The position numbers were made by a program, and so were the translations under genes. Shown one piece after another: positions 26,699 to 38,000 of a stretch of DNA of 64,000 bases. Location of the stretch: contig JBHGNT010000008.1 of the NCBI GenBank assembly GCA_043228905.1, positions 13,950,001 through 14,014,000 on the forward strand. The letters run 5' to 3'. Below the pieces are notes generated by a model, which saw only the letters and a program-made list of their open reading frames with translations, did no database searches and was not told the DNA's origin. Each line of letters starts with the position of its first letter. Position 1 is the first letter of the stretch. Source of the stretch: Azolla caroliniana. Taxonomy: Eukaryota; Plantae; Polypodiophyta.

Positions 26699-29600
26699 TG
26701 TTGGGATATCGGTCCCTCCGGATGGGATGTCCGGAGATGAATGACGGCAAGCCCGGTTGCGGTTACGGAACCGGAGGATGAAGAGTACCCGGCATGAAGC
26801 CGGATGAAGAGTACCCGGCATGAAGCCGGATGAAGAGTACCCGGCTTGAAGCCGGATGAAGAGTACCCGGCTACGGAGCCGGATGATGTAGACCCCTGCT
26901 ACGGAGCCGGATGATGTAGACCCCGGCTACGGAGCCGGATGATGAAGACCCGGCTACGGAGCCGGATGACGAAGACCCGGCTACGGAGCCGGATGACGAA
27001 GACCCGGCTACGGAGCCGGATGACGAAGACCCGGCTACAGAGCCGGATGATGTATGTACCCGGAGAGAGATCCGGATGCGGGGACATATTTGTGAATATG
27101 TTTGCCAAGGGCCCTTGAGGCTATATTTGTAAATAGCCCGAAAGTCATATGTGTATAAATATGACTTAGGGCAAACTGTTTGTTGTTGCTGAAAAGTTGC
27201 TGCTCATATTTTTTCTGTTTTTCCACTTAGAGGGAGTGAGGTGAGCAGCCGAGAGAGAGAGAGACGAAGAGGTCGTGGCCTCTGTGTATTACCGCCGCCT
27301 GTGGCGAAGATAGTGAGCTCAAGGTTGTTGCCTTGTAGCTTCACCATTGTACATCTCTGTTTATAGTGACAGTTGGAGTTTGAGGACTCCCGTGGTTTTT
27401 CCCATTTAGGGTTTTCCACGTAAAACATCCTGTGTACCTCTCTCTCTATTGTCATCGTGCATTTTGCATTTCCCGTTTTCTGAGAGTTGATCCTTTTCCT
27501 CGGTTGTGGCCGAGCGGGTTTTTCAACAAGTGGTATCAGAGCGACGGTAACACAGAAAATGGAAGGCGGCGGTAGTGGGCCTCCGGGCATGATGGTGTTG
27601 AACTCACAGAACTACGCCGACTGGAAGATAAAGATGGAAGAACTTCTCATCGTCCGAGACCTGTACGAACCGATCGACAATGCCGAGATACCCAAGGGGG
27701 TAATATAGTCGGAGTGGAAGCTCCTGAACCGGAAAGCCGTAGCGACGATCCGGCAATATGTCGATGTAAGTGTCCTGCAACATGTGGCGAACGATACGAA
27801 CGCCTACGAGATGTGGCGGAAGCTGTCCGGACTGTATGAGAGGAAGAATGCTCTGACCCGGACCTCCCTGATGAGGAAGATAGTGAATCTTAAGTACCGG
27901 GACGGCGAGAGCATGGTCGAACACGTAAGCACGTTCATGGGATTCGTGAACCAGCTTGCGGCGATCAAGTTCCCGTTGGAGGATGCAATGCAAGCCATCA
28001 TCTTGATGTGTACATTGCCGGAAAGCTGGGAGAACTTGGTGGTGACTCTCAGCACCTCCTGCACCGAAGATAACTTGTCTCTACAAACGGTAAAGACAAG
28101 TATTTTGAATGAAGAAGCGCGTCGGAGAGATAAAGAACCGGCCTCCGACTCGAAGGCGCTGCTAGCCGAATCGGAACGGGGAAGACAATGGAACCGGAGT
28201 CCGCAAAGACGGGAGAAGTCGGGGACCCGGTCGCAGTCAAGAGGAAGGCCCACATGCTTCCACTGTGGGAAGCCGGGGCACTTCCGGAAGAATTGTCGGC
28301 ATTACCGAAAAGACAACGGAGCCGACGACACCGATTCGAAGAAGTCACCGGAGAGAAACGGTGCATACCGGGGAGCCACGGACCGGAGAGGTTCGGATCG
28401 GCGAGGGCAGGACCGGAAAGGAACAACGGCACTCGCGGCAAGTGAGGAAGAAATCATGCTCATCACCGAAGAAGGTGAACTAAACGTTGCCGGCGATGAG
28501 ACGACCTGGGTGGTCGATTCCGGAGCATCGTTCCACCTGACCCCGGAAAGAAGATACTTTTCATCCTACACAGCCGGTGAGCATGGCTGTGTTCGGATGG
28601 GAAATGAAGGTACGTGCCGGATTGCCGGCATCGGAGACGTGTGGTTGACAACCCCGACCGGATGCAAAATGCTGCTGAAGGATGTCCGACACGTTCCGGA
28701 GGTTCGATTGAACCTGATTTCGGCCGGGAGGCTAGACGATGAAGGCTACACAGGTAGCATCCGGAACGGCGTAATGAAGTTCAGCAAGGGGAGCCTGATA
28801 GTGGCTCGGGCCCGGAAAGACAACACACTGTACCTGATGAATGCCCAGTTATGTCCGGAAGAGTTGAACGTGGCAGCCGACACTGCCGGTGAGCTGTGGC
28901 ACAAGAGACTGTGCCACATGAGTGAGAAGGGGATGAAGAGGCTTGCAGAAGACAACCTCATTCCAGTGAAGCATGTGCATCTGGAGAAGTGCACCGATTG
29001 CCTGGCCGGTAAGCAGAACCGAGCCTCCTTCCACTCAAGGCCACCGACGAGACGTAGTGCACCATTGGAGTTGGTGCACACTGATGTGTGTCAAGTAGAA
29101 ACGAAGTCACATGGCGGAGCCCAGTACTTCGTGACATTCATTGATGACCACAGCCGGAAGCTGTGGACGGCACCGTTGAAGACAAAGGACCAAGTATTGT
29201 CCGTCTTCAAAGAACTCCACGCGAGAGTGGAAAGAGAATCCGGCAAGAAGTTGAAAGCGATACGAGCGGATAACGGAGGAGAATACCGAGGGCAATTTGA
29301 GGAGTATTGCCGTTCGATGGGAATCCGGCTCGAGTTTACTGTGCCGAAGACGCCGGAACTGAACGGGCTGGCCGAGAGGATGAACCGGACCATAATGGAG
29401 AGGGTCCGGAGTATGCTGGCGCATGCGAAATTACCCAAGGGGTTTTGGGCTGAGGCAATGTCGACGGCGACATACGTGATAAACAGATCACCCTCAGTAC
29501 CTTTGGACGGAGACACGCCGCAGAGAGTGTGGACCGGTAAGGAAGTATCCTACCGGCATCTGAAGGTGTTCGGGTGTCTAGTGTATGTACATGTGGCAAA

Positions 29601-32419
29601 GGACCGGAGAGGAAAGCTAGATCCAAAGACCCGGCCATGCATATTCCTCGGTTACGGCAACGATGAGTTCGGCTACCGAGTATGGGACCCGGTCGACAAG
29701 AAGATATTCAGGAGTCGAGATATCATCTTCATGGAGGACAAGACACTTGCCGACTGGGAGTCGGAGAAGAAGATGAAGAGCTCCAAGTCGACCGGTGAGG
29801 ATCAACTCTACAAGGAGCAGTCCCGACCGGCAAGAGACCGGTTAGCACTCGAGGATCCGGCCGAAGACGGTGAAGAGACAGAACCGGCCGAAGAAGATGA
29901 AAATGATACCGGAACCGGCCCCGATCCCGAAATGGATTCGGATGAAGAAGAATCGGAAGAACCGGTTACCGAAGCTCCGGAACGGAGATACCCTCTAAGA
30001 GAGAGAAGGGCCCCCCGGAGATTCCCGGAACCAGAGCACGTGTTGCTAACCGACGAGGGGGAGCCGGAGAGCTTTGAAGAAGCGAAGCATGACACCCATA
30101 GCCGCAGGTGGTTAAGTGCCATGCAGGAGGAGATGGATTCCCTGCATGAGAACCACACATATGAACTTGTGGAGCTGCCGAAAGGAAAACGGGCACTCCG
30201 TAACAATTGGGTGTTCAAGCTGAAACCGGGAGATGCCGAAACCCCCCCGAGATACAAAGCCAGGATCGTGGTGAAGGGGTTTCAGCAGAAGAAGGGCGTC
30301 GACTTCGACGAGATATTTGCCCCGGTAGTGAAGATGACCTCCATCCGGACGGTGCTGAGCATAGCGGCAAGCATGGACCTCGAGGTAGAACAGATGGACG
30401 TGAAGACGGCATTCCTTCACGGTGACCTCGAAGAAGAGATATACATGCAGCAACCGGAAGGATTCGAGAAGAAAGAGAAGGAGCACTTGGTATGCCGGTT
30501 GAAGAAGAGCCTTTATGGTTTGAAGCAGGCTCCCCGGCAGTGGTACCGAAAGTTTGACTCCTTCATGACCGATGAAGGGTACCACAAAACGCAGTCCGAC
30601 CACTGCGTGTTTGTGAAGAAGTTCGACGGAGGAGACTCTCTAATACTCCTCCTGTACGTGGACGACATGTTGATCGTCGGACGGGACCAGGTCAAGATAC
30701 GGATGCTGAAGAAGGCTCTTCACCGAACCTTCTCAATGAAGGACTTGGGTCCGGCGAGACAAATACTAGGGATGCACATCATCCGGGACCGGAAGAAGAA
30801 GCAGTTGTGGCTGTCACAGGAGAAGTACGTGACAAAGGTGCTTCAACGGTTCAACATGTCGGAAGCAAGACCGGTCGGATCAACCCTCCCGACAAACTGC
30901 AAGTTATCCGGCAAGCAAAGTCCCAAGACAAAGGCTGAGAAGGAGGACATGATGAAGGTACCATATGCCTCTGCCGTCGGAAGCTTGATGTACGCAATGG
31001 TGTGTACAAGACCGGACATAGGATATGCAGTCGGAGTGGTGAGCCGGTACATGAGCAATCCCGGAAAAGAGCACTGGAACGCGGTCAAGTGGATACTCCG
31101 ATACCTGAAGGGCACGGCAAACGTGTGCCTCCGATTCGGCTCCGGTAAGCCCGAACTCGACGGCTTTACCGATTCGGATATGTCGGCTGATGCAGATACC
31201 AGCCGGTCCACATCAGGGTATGTGATGACGTATGCAGGGGGAGCTGTTTCGTGGCAGTCGAGGCTGCAGAAGACGGTTGCGTTGTCAACCACGGAGGCGG
31301 AGTACATGGCGGCTGTTGAAGCCGGCAAGGAAATAATATGGATGAAGGACTTCATTAGAGAGCTCGGTATCCGGCAGGAGGAGTACCGACTCTACTGCGA
31401 TAGTCAGAGTGCCATCCACCTTGCGAAGAACGCGGCCTATCACTCCCGGACGAAGCACATCCAGCGAAGATATCACTGGATCCGGGAAAGGATAGAAGAC
31501 CAGGAGTTCGTGCTGACGAAGATCCACACGGACGAAAACGGCTCAGATATGCTGACCAAAGTGCTCACACCCGACAAGCTGGAAGCATGCCGGAAGAGGA
31601 TCGGATTGGAGAGACATCCCATGCCGAAGTGAAGGGGGAGTTTGTTGGGATATCGGTCCCTCCGGATGGGATGTCCGGAGATGAATGACGGCAAGCCCGG
31701 TTGCGGTTACGGAACCGGAGGATGAAGAGTACCCGGCATGAAGCCGGATGAAGAGTACCCGGCATGAAGCCGGATGAAGAGTACCCGGCTACGGAGCCGG
31801 ATGATGTAGACCCCGGCTACGGAGCCGGATGATGTAGACCCCGGCTACGGAGCCGGATGACGAAGACCCGGCTACGGAGCCGGATGACGAAGACCCGGCT
31901 ACGGAGCCGGATGATGAAGACCCGGCTACAGAGCCGGATGATGTATGTACCCGGAGAGAGATCCGGATGCGGGGACATATTTGTGAATATGTTTGCCAAG
32001 GGCCCTTGAGGCTATATTTGTAAATAGCCCGAAAGTCATATGTGTATAAATATGACTTAGGGCAAACTGTTTGTTGTTGCTGAAAAGTTGCTGCTCATAT
32101 TTTTTCTGTTTTTCCACTTAGAGGGAGTGAGGTGAGCAGCCGAGAGAGAGAGAGACGAAGAGGTCGTGGCCTCTGTGTATTACCGCCGCCTGTGGCGAAG
32201 ATAGTGAGCTCAAGGTTGTTGCCTTGTAGCTTCACCATTGTACATCTCTGTTTATAGTGACAGTTGGAGTTTGAGGACTCCCGTGGTTTTTCCCATTTAG
32301 GGTTTTCCACGTAAAACATCCTGTGTACCTCTCTCTCTATTGTCTTCGTGCATTTTGCATTTCCCGTTTTCTGAGAGTTGATCCTTTTCCTCGGTTGTGG
32401 CCGAGCGGGTTTTTCAACA
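26699..32419 (+). mobile_element. Young full-length Ty1/Copia retrotransposon
   Basis: LTRs 26699-27528 and 31643-32419, nearly identical apart from repeat copy number. TSD ATTTC. PBS TGGTATCAGAGC 27531-27542. PPT AAGGGGGAG. Confidence 0.97.
27559..31632 (+). CDS. Copia gag-pol polyprotein (gag, CCHC, PR, INT, RT, RNase H) with one premature TAG at 27706-27708
   Basis: ATG 27559 (MEGGGSGPPGM) is in frame with the 1282-aa ORF. Motifs CFHCGKPGHFRKNC, WVVDSGAS, LWHKRLCH, VHTDVC, LYVDDML, DSQSAIHL. The paralog at 54424 has GAG at the stop position. Confidence 0.93.
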
Positions 32420-34989
32420 ATTTCGTCAGAAGGCATCTCCATGGACCCAGCTAAGGTCAAAACGGTGGTAGAATGGCAGACTCCGCGTTCGGTGCGGGAT
32501 GTGCAATGCTTCCTAGGCTTTGCCAATTTTTACCGGAAGTTCATACAAGATTACTCAAAGACCGTTCTACCTCTCACACAACTTACCAAGAAGGGACAAC
32601 CGTTCATCTGGTCTGAAGAAACGGATGTGGCTTTCGAGAGTCTTAAAAAGGCATTTACATCGGCTCCAATTCTAGCTCATGTCGATCCGGAAAAACCATT
32701 TATTATCGAAGCTGACGCATTGGATTTTGCATTGGGGAGCATTACGTCACAACAGGGGAATGATGAGAAGCTACATCCTGTGGCTTTTCACTCACGCAAG
32801 TTTGACGCCGCCGAAATCAACTATGAAATTCATGATAAGGAGGTATTGGCAATAGTGGATTCTTTTATGCAATGGAGGCATTTTCTGGAGGGATCCTCTC
32901 ATCCGGTCACCGTATTTAGTGACCACAAGAACCTTGCCTACTTTCAGGATGCTCGTGTGTTGAATCGACGTCAAGCTCGGTGGGCCCACTTCCTCACGCG
33001 TTTCGACTTCAAAATTACATATCGTCCGGGGAAGCACCAAGGGAAGGCAGATGCATTATCACGACGTTCGTATCTAGCACCCCGTCCTGGCGAGCCAGCT
33101 TTCGATAACAAAAAACAAGTCATCTTGGGACTGGCACGACTTCAAGCAACACAGATCTTTAACATGCCCATGGATTCCCGCGTTATCGATACCATACGCG
33201 AAGACTTGAAGACAGATGCGTTCGCCCAAGCTATACTAGCACAAATTGATCCCTCTCGAGCGTCGTGTTCACAGTCGCAACCACCAGGTACGGACTATCG
33301 GCAATTCAAATACCATGATGGATTACTCTTCTTTAAAGAACTTTTGTATGTTCCTAATGGTTCTTGCCACCTTCAAGTAGTACAAAACTGTCATGACACA
33401 TACAACTGGGCATTTTGGTAGTACTAAAACACTACATTTAGTACAACGATCATTCTGGTGGCCCTGTATGTGACAATTTGTCGAGGATTTTGTTCGGACT
33501 TGTGATACATGCTGCAGAGCGAAAATGCCAAGGCATCATCCATATGGTTTATTAGAACCATTACCAATTCCAAGCAAGTCGTGGCAGTCCATTGCTCTAG
33601 ACTTCATCACAGATCTTCCAGTCTCTAAGGGGTTCAATGCGATTCTAACAGTGGTCGATTGATATACGAAGATAGCTCATTTCTTGCCATGTACTAAGGA
33701 GATCTCCAGTGAAGACACTGCCGAAATTGTCATGCGTGAAGTATGTCGGCATCATGGAGTTCCCGCTAGTATCATCAGCGACCGTGGACCCCAGTTCGTG
33801 TCAAAATTCTGGAAGCACCTTTTTAACATGCTCAAGGTCACTTGTAACCTCTCCTCTGGCTACCACCCACAAACCGACGGCCAAGTCGAACGAACGAACC
33901 AAACGCTGGAGCAGTATCTGCGGTGCTTTCTCAGCTATCATCAGGATGATTGGGCAGATATTCTCCACTTCGCCGAATTTGCCTATAACAACTCTATCCA
34001 CGCATCCACGAAAGTTACGCCATTTTATGCTTATACGGGATGTCACCCCCGGTGGTGTGTACTTGAAACCCCAGAGGTGTCCACAAATCCTTGCGTAGAG
34101 GATCGCTTGGAGAGGTTACACAAGATACAAGCGGATTTGTCTACTCATCTCCAACAAGCTCAACAAACACACAAGGTTTATACGGATCGTCATCGACTCC
34201 CATCTAGTTTTAACATTGGAGATCGGGTATGGCTACTCCGACGACACATCAAGACTACTCGCCCATGCGAGAAGTTGGATTATCGGCAAAGGATTAGGTC
34301 CTTTCTGTATTATAGGAAAGATTAATGATGTCACTTTTCGTCTTGATCTACCTCCACAACTTCGGATACATCCGGTGTTTCATAGTTCTCTCCTCGAACC
34401 CTATCAAGAGAGCACCATCCCAGGCCGTATTACACAGCCTCCACGTCCGATCGAGCTTGAAGATGGACCTGAGTACGAGGTTGCCGCCATCCTTGATTCC
34501 AAACTTGTTCGCAACAAGCTCTACTATCTAGTCGATTGGGTAGGATATAGTCCCAGCGAGCGTACTTGGGAACCGATAGAGAATGTCACCAATGCCCGTG
34601 CTCTTCTTGAAGACTTCCATCGTCAATATCCAGACAAACCAAGTCATCAATCCAAAATGACTCGTTACACTCATCGTTTTAAAGGGGGGATAGTGTCATG
34701 ATATGGCAAGACTCGAACCCATGACCTTATGCTACATGGGTCGAGCTCTTGACCATTAGATTATACATTGTAATACGTAGAATATTATTTTCATTTATGT
34801 TTTATTATAGAAAATTGATGTATATTCCAGATTTCTCTGGAACATTCTAGAAACTTCAGGAGTATTCCTTAGAACACTATAAAAGGAGGCACAAGGCATT
34901 ATTTCGAACCAAATCGGTTCAACGCCAGTCTTAAGCCTCCTAGCTACTGTACATTTTCTTCACATAATATATATCTTTTCTTATCATCA

Positions 34990-35020
<31 letters not shown>

Positions 35021-38000
35021 CCTCTCACTCACTCTTTCCTTCTCTCGAGAGTTCTTCACCTCTCTTCGTACTAATACTTCTTTTAGTACTAAGTCCTTCT
35101 CTGTCTTAGTACTGTTCCTGACAGTCGGGAGCCGGGCCATTCGGCTGTGCCGAATCGGTGGATTCGGTGCGAGAGTTGTCGGTTACCCGTGAAACCGATC
35201 TCGTGTTGTGGGCTGGGTTGTCATGAAGGGTTGGCACTTCAGAAAATATTACCCTTCGGACTTCAATAGGCCTTTCGGCCGTTTTATGCATAGCCGATTC
35301 ATTGAACACGACGTCCGAACTTCAGACGATTTGTCTGTGCTCGGGGTCCTAGAGTCGGTATCCGATCTCGTCGTCGGGTCTATACCCAAGGAAAACACAT
35401 TTCCTTGATCTTGGTTTGAATTTCAGGCGATCGTCTTTCGGTATGAGGGCATATGCCTCGTAGCCGAAGATCCTCAGCTTTTCATAATTCGGCTTACTGC
35501 TGGTCCATATTTCCTGAGCTATTTGAAGTCCTAGAGGTCTACTTGGAGACATATTTATTATGTGTACTACCGTAAGTAGAGCCTCTGCCCAAAAACCATC
35601 CGACAGTCCGGAGTGTTGGAGCATGGATACTATGCGTTCTGGAATCGTCTGATTCATGCGTTCAGCAATTCCGTTCTGCTCCGGACTATAGGGTGCCATA
35701 TATTCACGTCGAATGCCGCGTTCTCAGGAAAATTTGACGAATTCTTCAGACTTGAATTCTCCTCCATTGTCGGTTCGGAGACATTTCAGTTTCCGACCAG
35801 TCTGATTTTCGACCATTGCAAGCCATTCGGAGAAGATCGAGAACACCCGATCTTTGGTTCTGATGGGGTAAGCCCACACCTTCCGAGCCGAGTCATCAAT
35901 AAAACTAACAAAGTATGAAGCACTGCCGAGAGATTGATGTGGCATCGGGCCACAGACGTCCGAGTGGACCAAATCGAGGGGACTCGATTCTCTTGGTGCT
36001 GATGTTGGGTGTGATGCGGCTACTTGTTTGTCGTACTGGCAATGCTCGTAGAATTGGTGATCCGAGAAGGAGAGTTTGGGGATGTAACCGGCTCTCGATA
36101 GGTGCGTTATGCCAGCCTTGTTGAGGTGTCCAAGTCGTCCGTGCCATAACGATGACACGGGGATATCAACCAAAATAAGTCACCCTCTTTGAGTGTGACT
36201 GAGATCAAGGGTCTTCAGATCAGGAATGTGTCGAACATTGTGTAGTACGAGTGTAGAGCCACCTGGAAGGTTGAGCTCTACGGTGCCGATTTTTATTATA
36301 GCGCAGTGTTGCGAGTTTCCGACTCGAACTGAGTCGGAGTGCCGGTCTGAGTATTGCCGAAACTGAGATTGGTGAGGTGTCACATGATACGATGCGCCCG
36401 AGTCTAGGAGCCATGTGTTCGATTCCTCAGTTGTAAGCAGAACTTCTGATTCGACTGGGTTCTCTATGGACAATATGTTCGGGTCGGTCGTCAAAATTTC
36501 GGCTGAAGAGCCTATGTAGTTGACCTCCCCATGCCGGCTACTCTTCTGATCCGCTCTCTGAGCTTTGTCGGTTTTTTCTTTGAGTGCCCGACAGTCGGCT
36601 TTGATGTGTCCCGACTTCTTGCAGTAGTTGCAAATTCGGTTGTCCCGGGACTTGCTCCGGCTTCGCTGATTGTTCGGTGGTCGGGAAGAACTTCTTCCCC
36701 GGTTGTTCGATCGGTCGGTCAAACCTTGTACTACGTAAGCTTCATCTGCCGAGTCTTTGGCGAAATACTTTCTCCGAGCTGCTTCAGTTAGGATTGCGTT
36801 CATGACTTCAGAGTACTTAATGGCAACTATTGAAGCATTGCACACAGTTGTAACGAAAGTTTCCCATGAAGAGGGGATACTACTCATGAGTATCATTGCT
36901 CTCAGTTCATCCTAGATTGCCGTCCCCTGAGACGAGATTTGTGAGCTTATGCTTTCGTACTCATTCAAGTGTGCCTGAACCGAATAAGATTCTTTCATCT
37001 GCAAGTTGTAGAGGCGCCGGATCAGATACATCTTCGTTGCAGTGACCTTCTTTTCAAACGTTTCCGACAGTGTTTTCCAAAGTTCAAAAGTTGTCGTGCA
37101 TGATTGCACTATGAAGTGCATCCAAATCGTGGCGCAGACAATTCTGTCCAGCTTTAGCCACTCGTTTGGCTTGTATGTTTCTAGGGGATTTTCATTCTCA
37201 ATCGGGTCTATCTGACCCTTGATTATGAGATAGTCCTACATTTGTTCCTTCCAGAAGTTGAAGTTTGAACCGTTGAACCTCCTTAGACTCATCTCCGATG
37301 AGCCGGATGTTGATGCCATCTGCTTTGGTTTGGGTTGGTAAGACTCGGTTTGGAGTTGACTACGAACCTTAGTGGGGTGCAGCCGGTCGGCTCATCCGAT
37401 ATTGTTCTAGTCGGTTTGGTTTCGGATACATGTTGCTGAACTTGCTCGGAGTGACTCCAGTAACTTGAGGGACAGAATCGGCTGGTCTTCCCGAATGTTG
37501 CCGAATACCGATTACAAGAAACCGATTGTTTGGGTCGATTCTGCTTCGGGTGACTGCAGCGATGAGAGGGACGGATCCAACTGATCCTCCCGAATGTCAA
37601 TCAGCCGAATGAAGCACGAATTTGGTTGTTGCCAGGAGACCAATCTGCAACGGGTGGTTACAACAAGTGAGTGAATAACGTTCGGTGACCTATTCGGATG
37701 TCGTTTAACTGAATGAAGCACGATTGGGTCGGTTGTTGCTCAAGGAGCTCCCATCAAGCGGTTACAATCACAGGAACAGAGTACAGCCGACTGGCTTACT
37801 TCCAATTTGTGATTTAACACAGTGAGATGCGAGCTTTTTGTTTTTTTTCCTTCTGCCTTCTCTGTTCTTCAAAGAAAACGAAAACGAAATGTTGTGTGGT
37901 GTACTATGACAGCTGGCAGCGGGTTGAAGAACCTCCAACACTCTGATACCAAATGTTGGGGACAAGGCCGTCAATGCGGAAGTGCAAGCAACATTCGTGA

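Larger units (their letters stand above)
25399..34701 (+). pseudogene. Chromovirus pol (PR-RT-RH-INT-chromodomain), split by a Copia insertion at 26699-32419
   Basis: ORFs 25438-25935, 25830-26744, 32378-33421, 33684-34325 and 34216-34701. Removing the insertion and one ATTTC rejoins VEFLSYIISSEGISMDPAKV. Confidence 0.9.
23757..35123 (+). mobile_element. Full-length Ty3/Gypsy chromovirus (Tcn1/Tf1-sushi-like)
   Basis: 430-bp LTRs at 23757-24186 and 34694-35123. TSD GTCGG (23752-23756, 35124-35128). PPT AAAGGGGGGATAG. gag, PR (LLDSGA), RT (YLDD), RNase H, integrase and C-terminal chromodomain EYEVAAILDSK..YLVDWVGY..TWEP. Confidence 0.95.

Noticed and set aside
27706-27708. Programmed stop-codon readthrough in Copia gag (also 55099-55101)
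   Set aside because: The two copies have stops at different positions and each has a sense codon where the other stops, so these are independent mutations.
27604-31694. Numerous antisense and alternate-frame ORFs over the Copia polyproteins (also 54469-58559 and 16462-19806)
   Set aside because: Shadow ORFs of GC-rich coding sequence; their recurrence simply reflects paralogy of the sense ORF.
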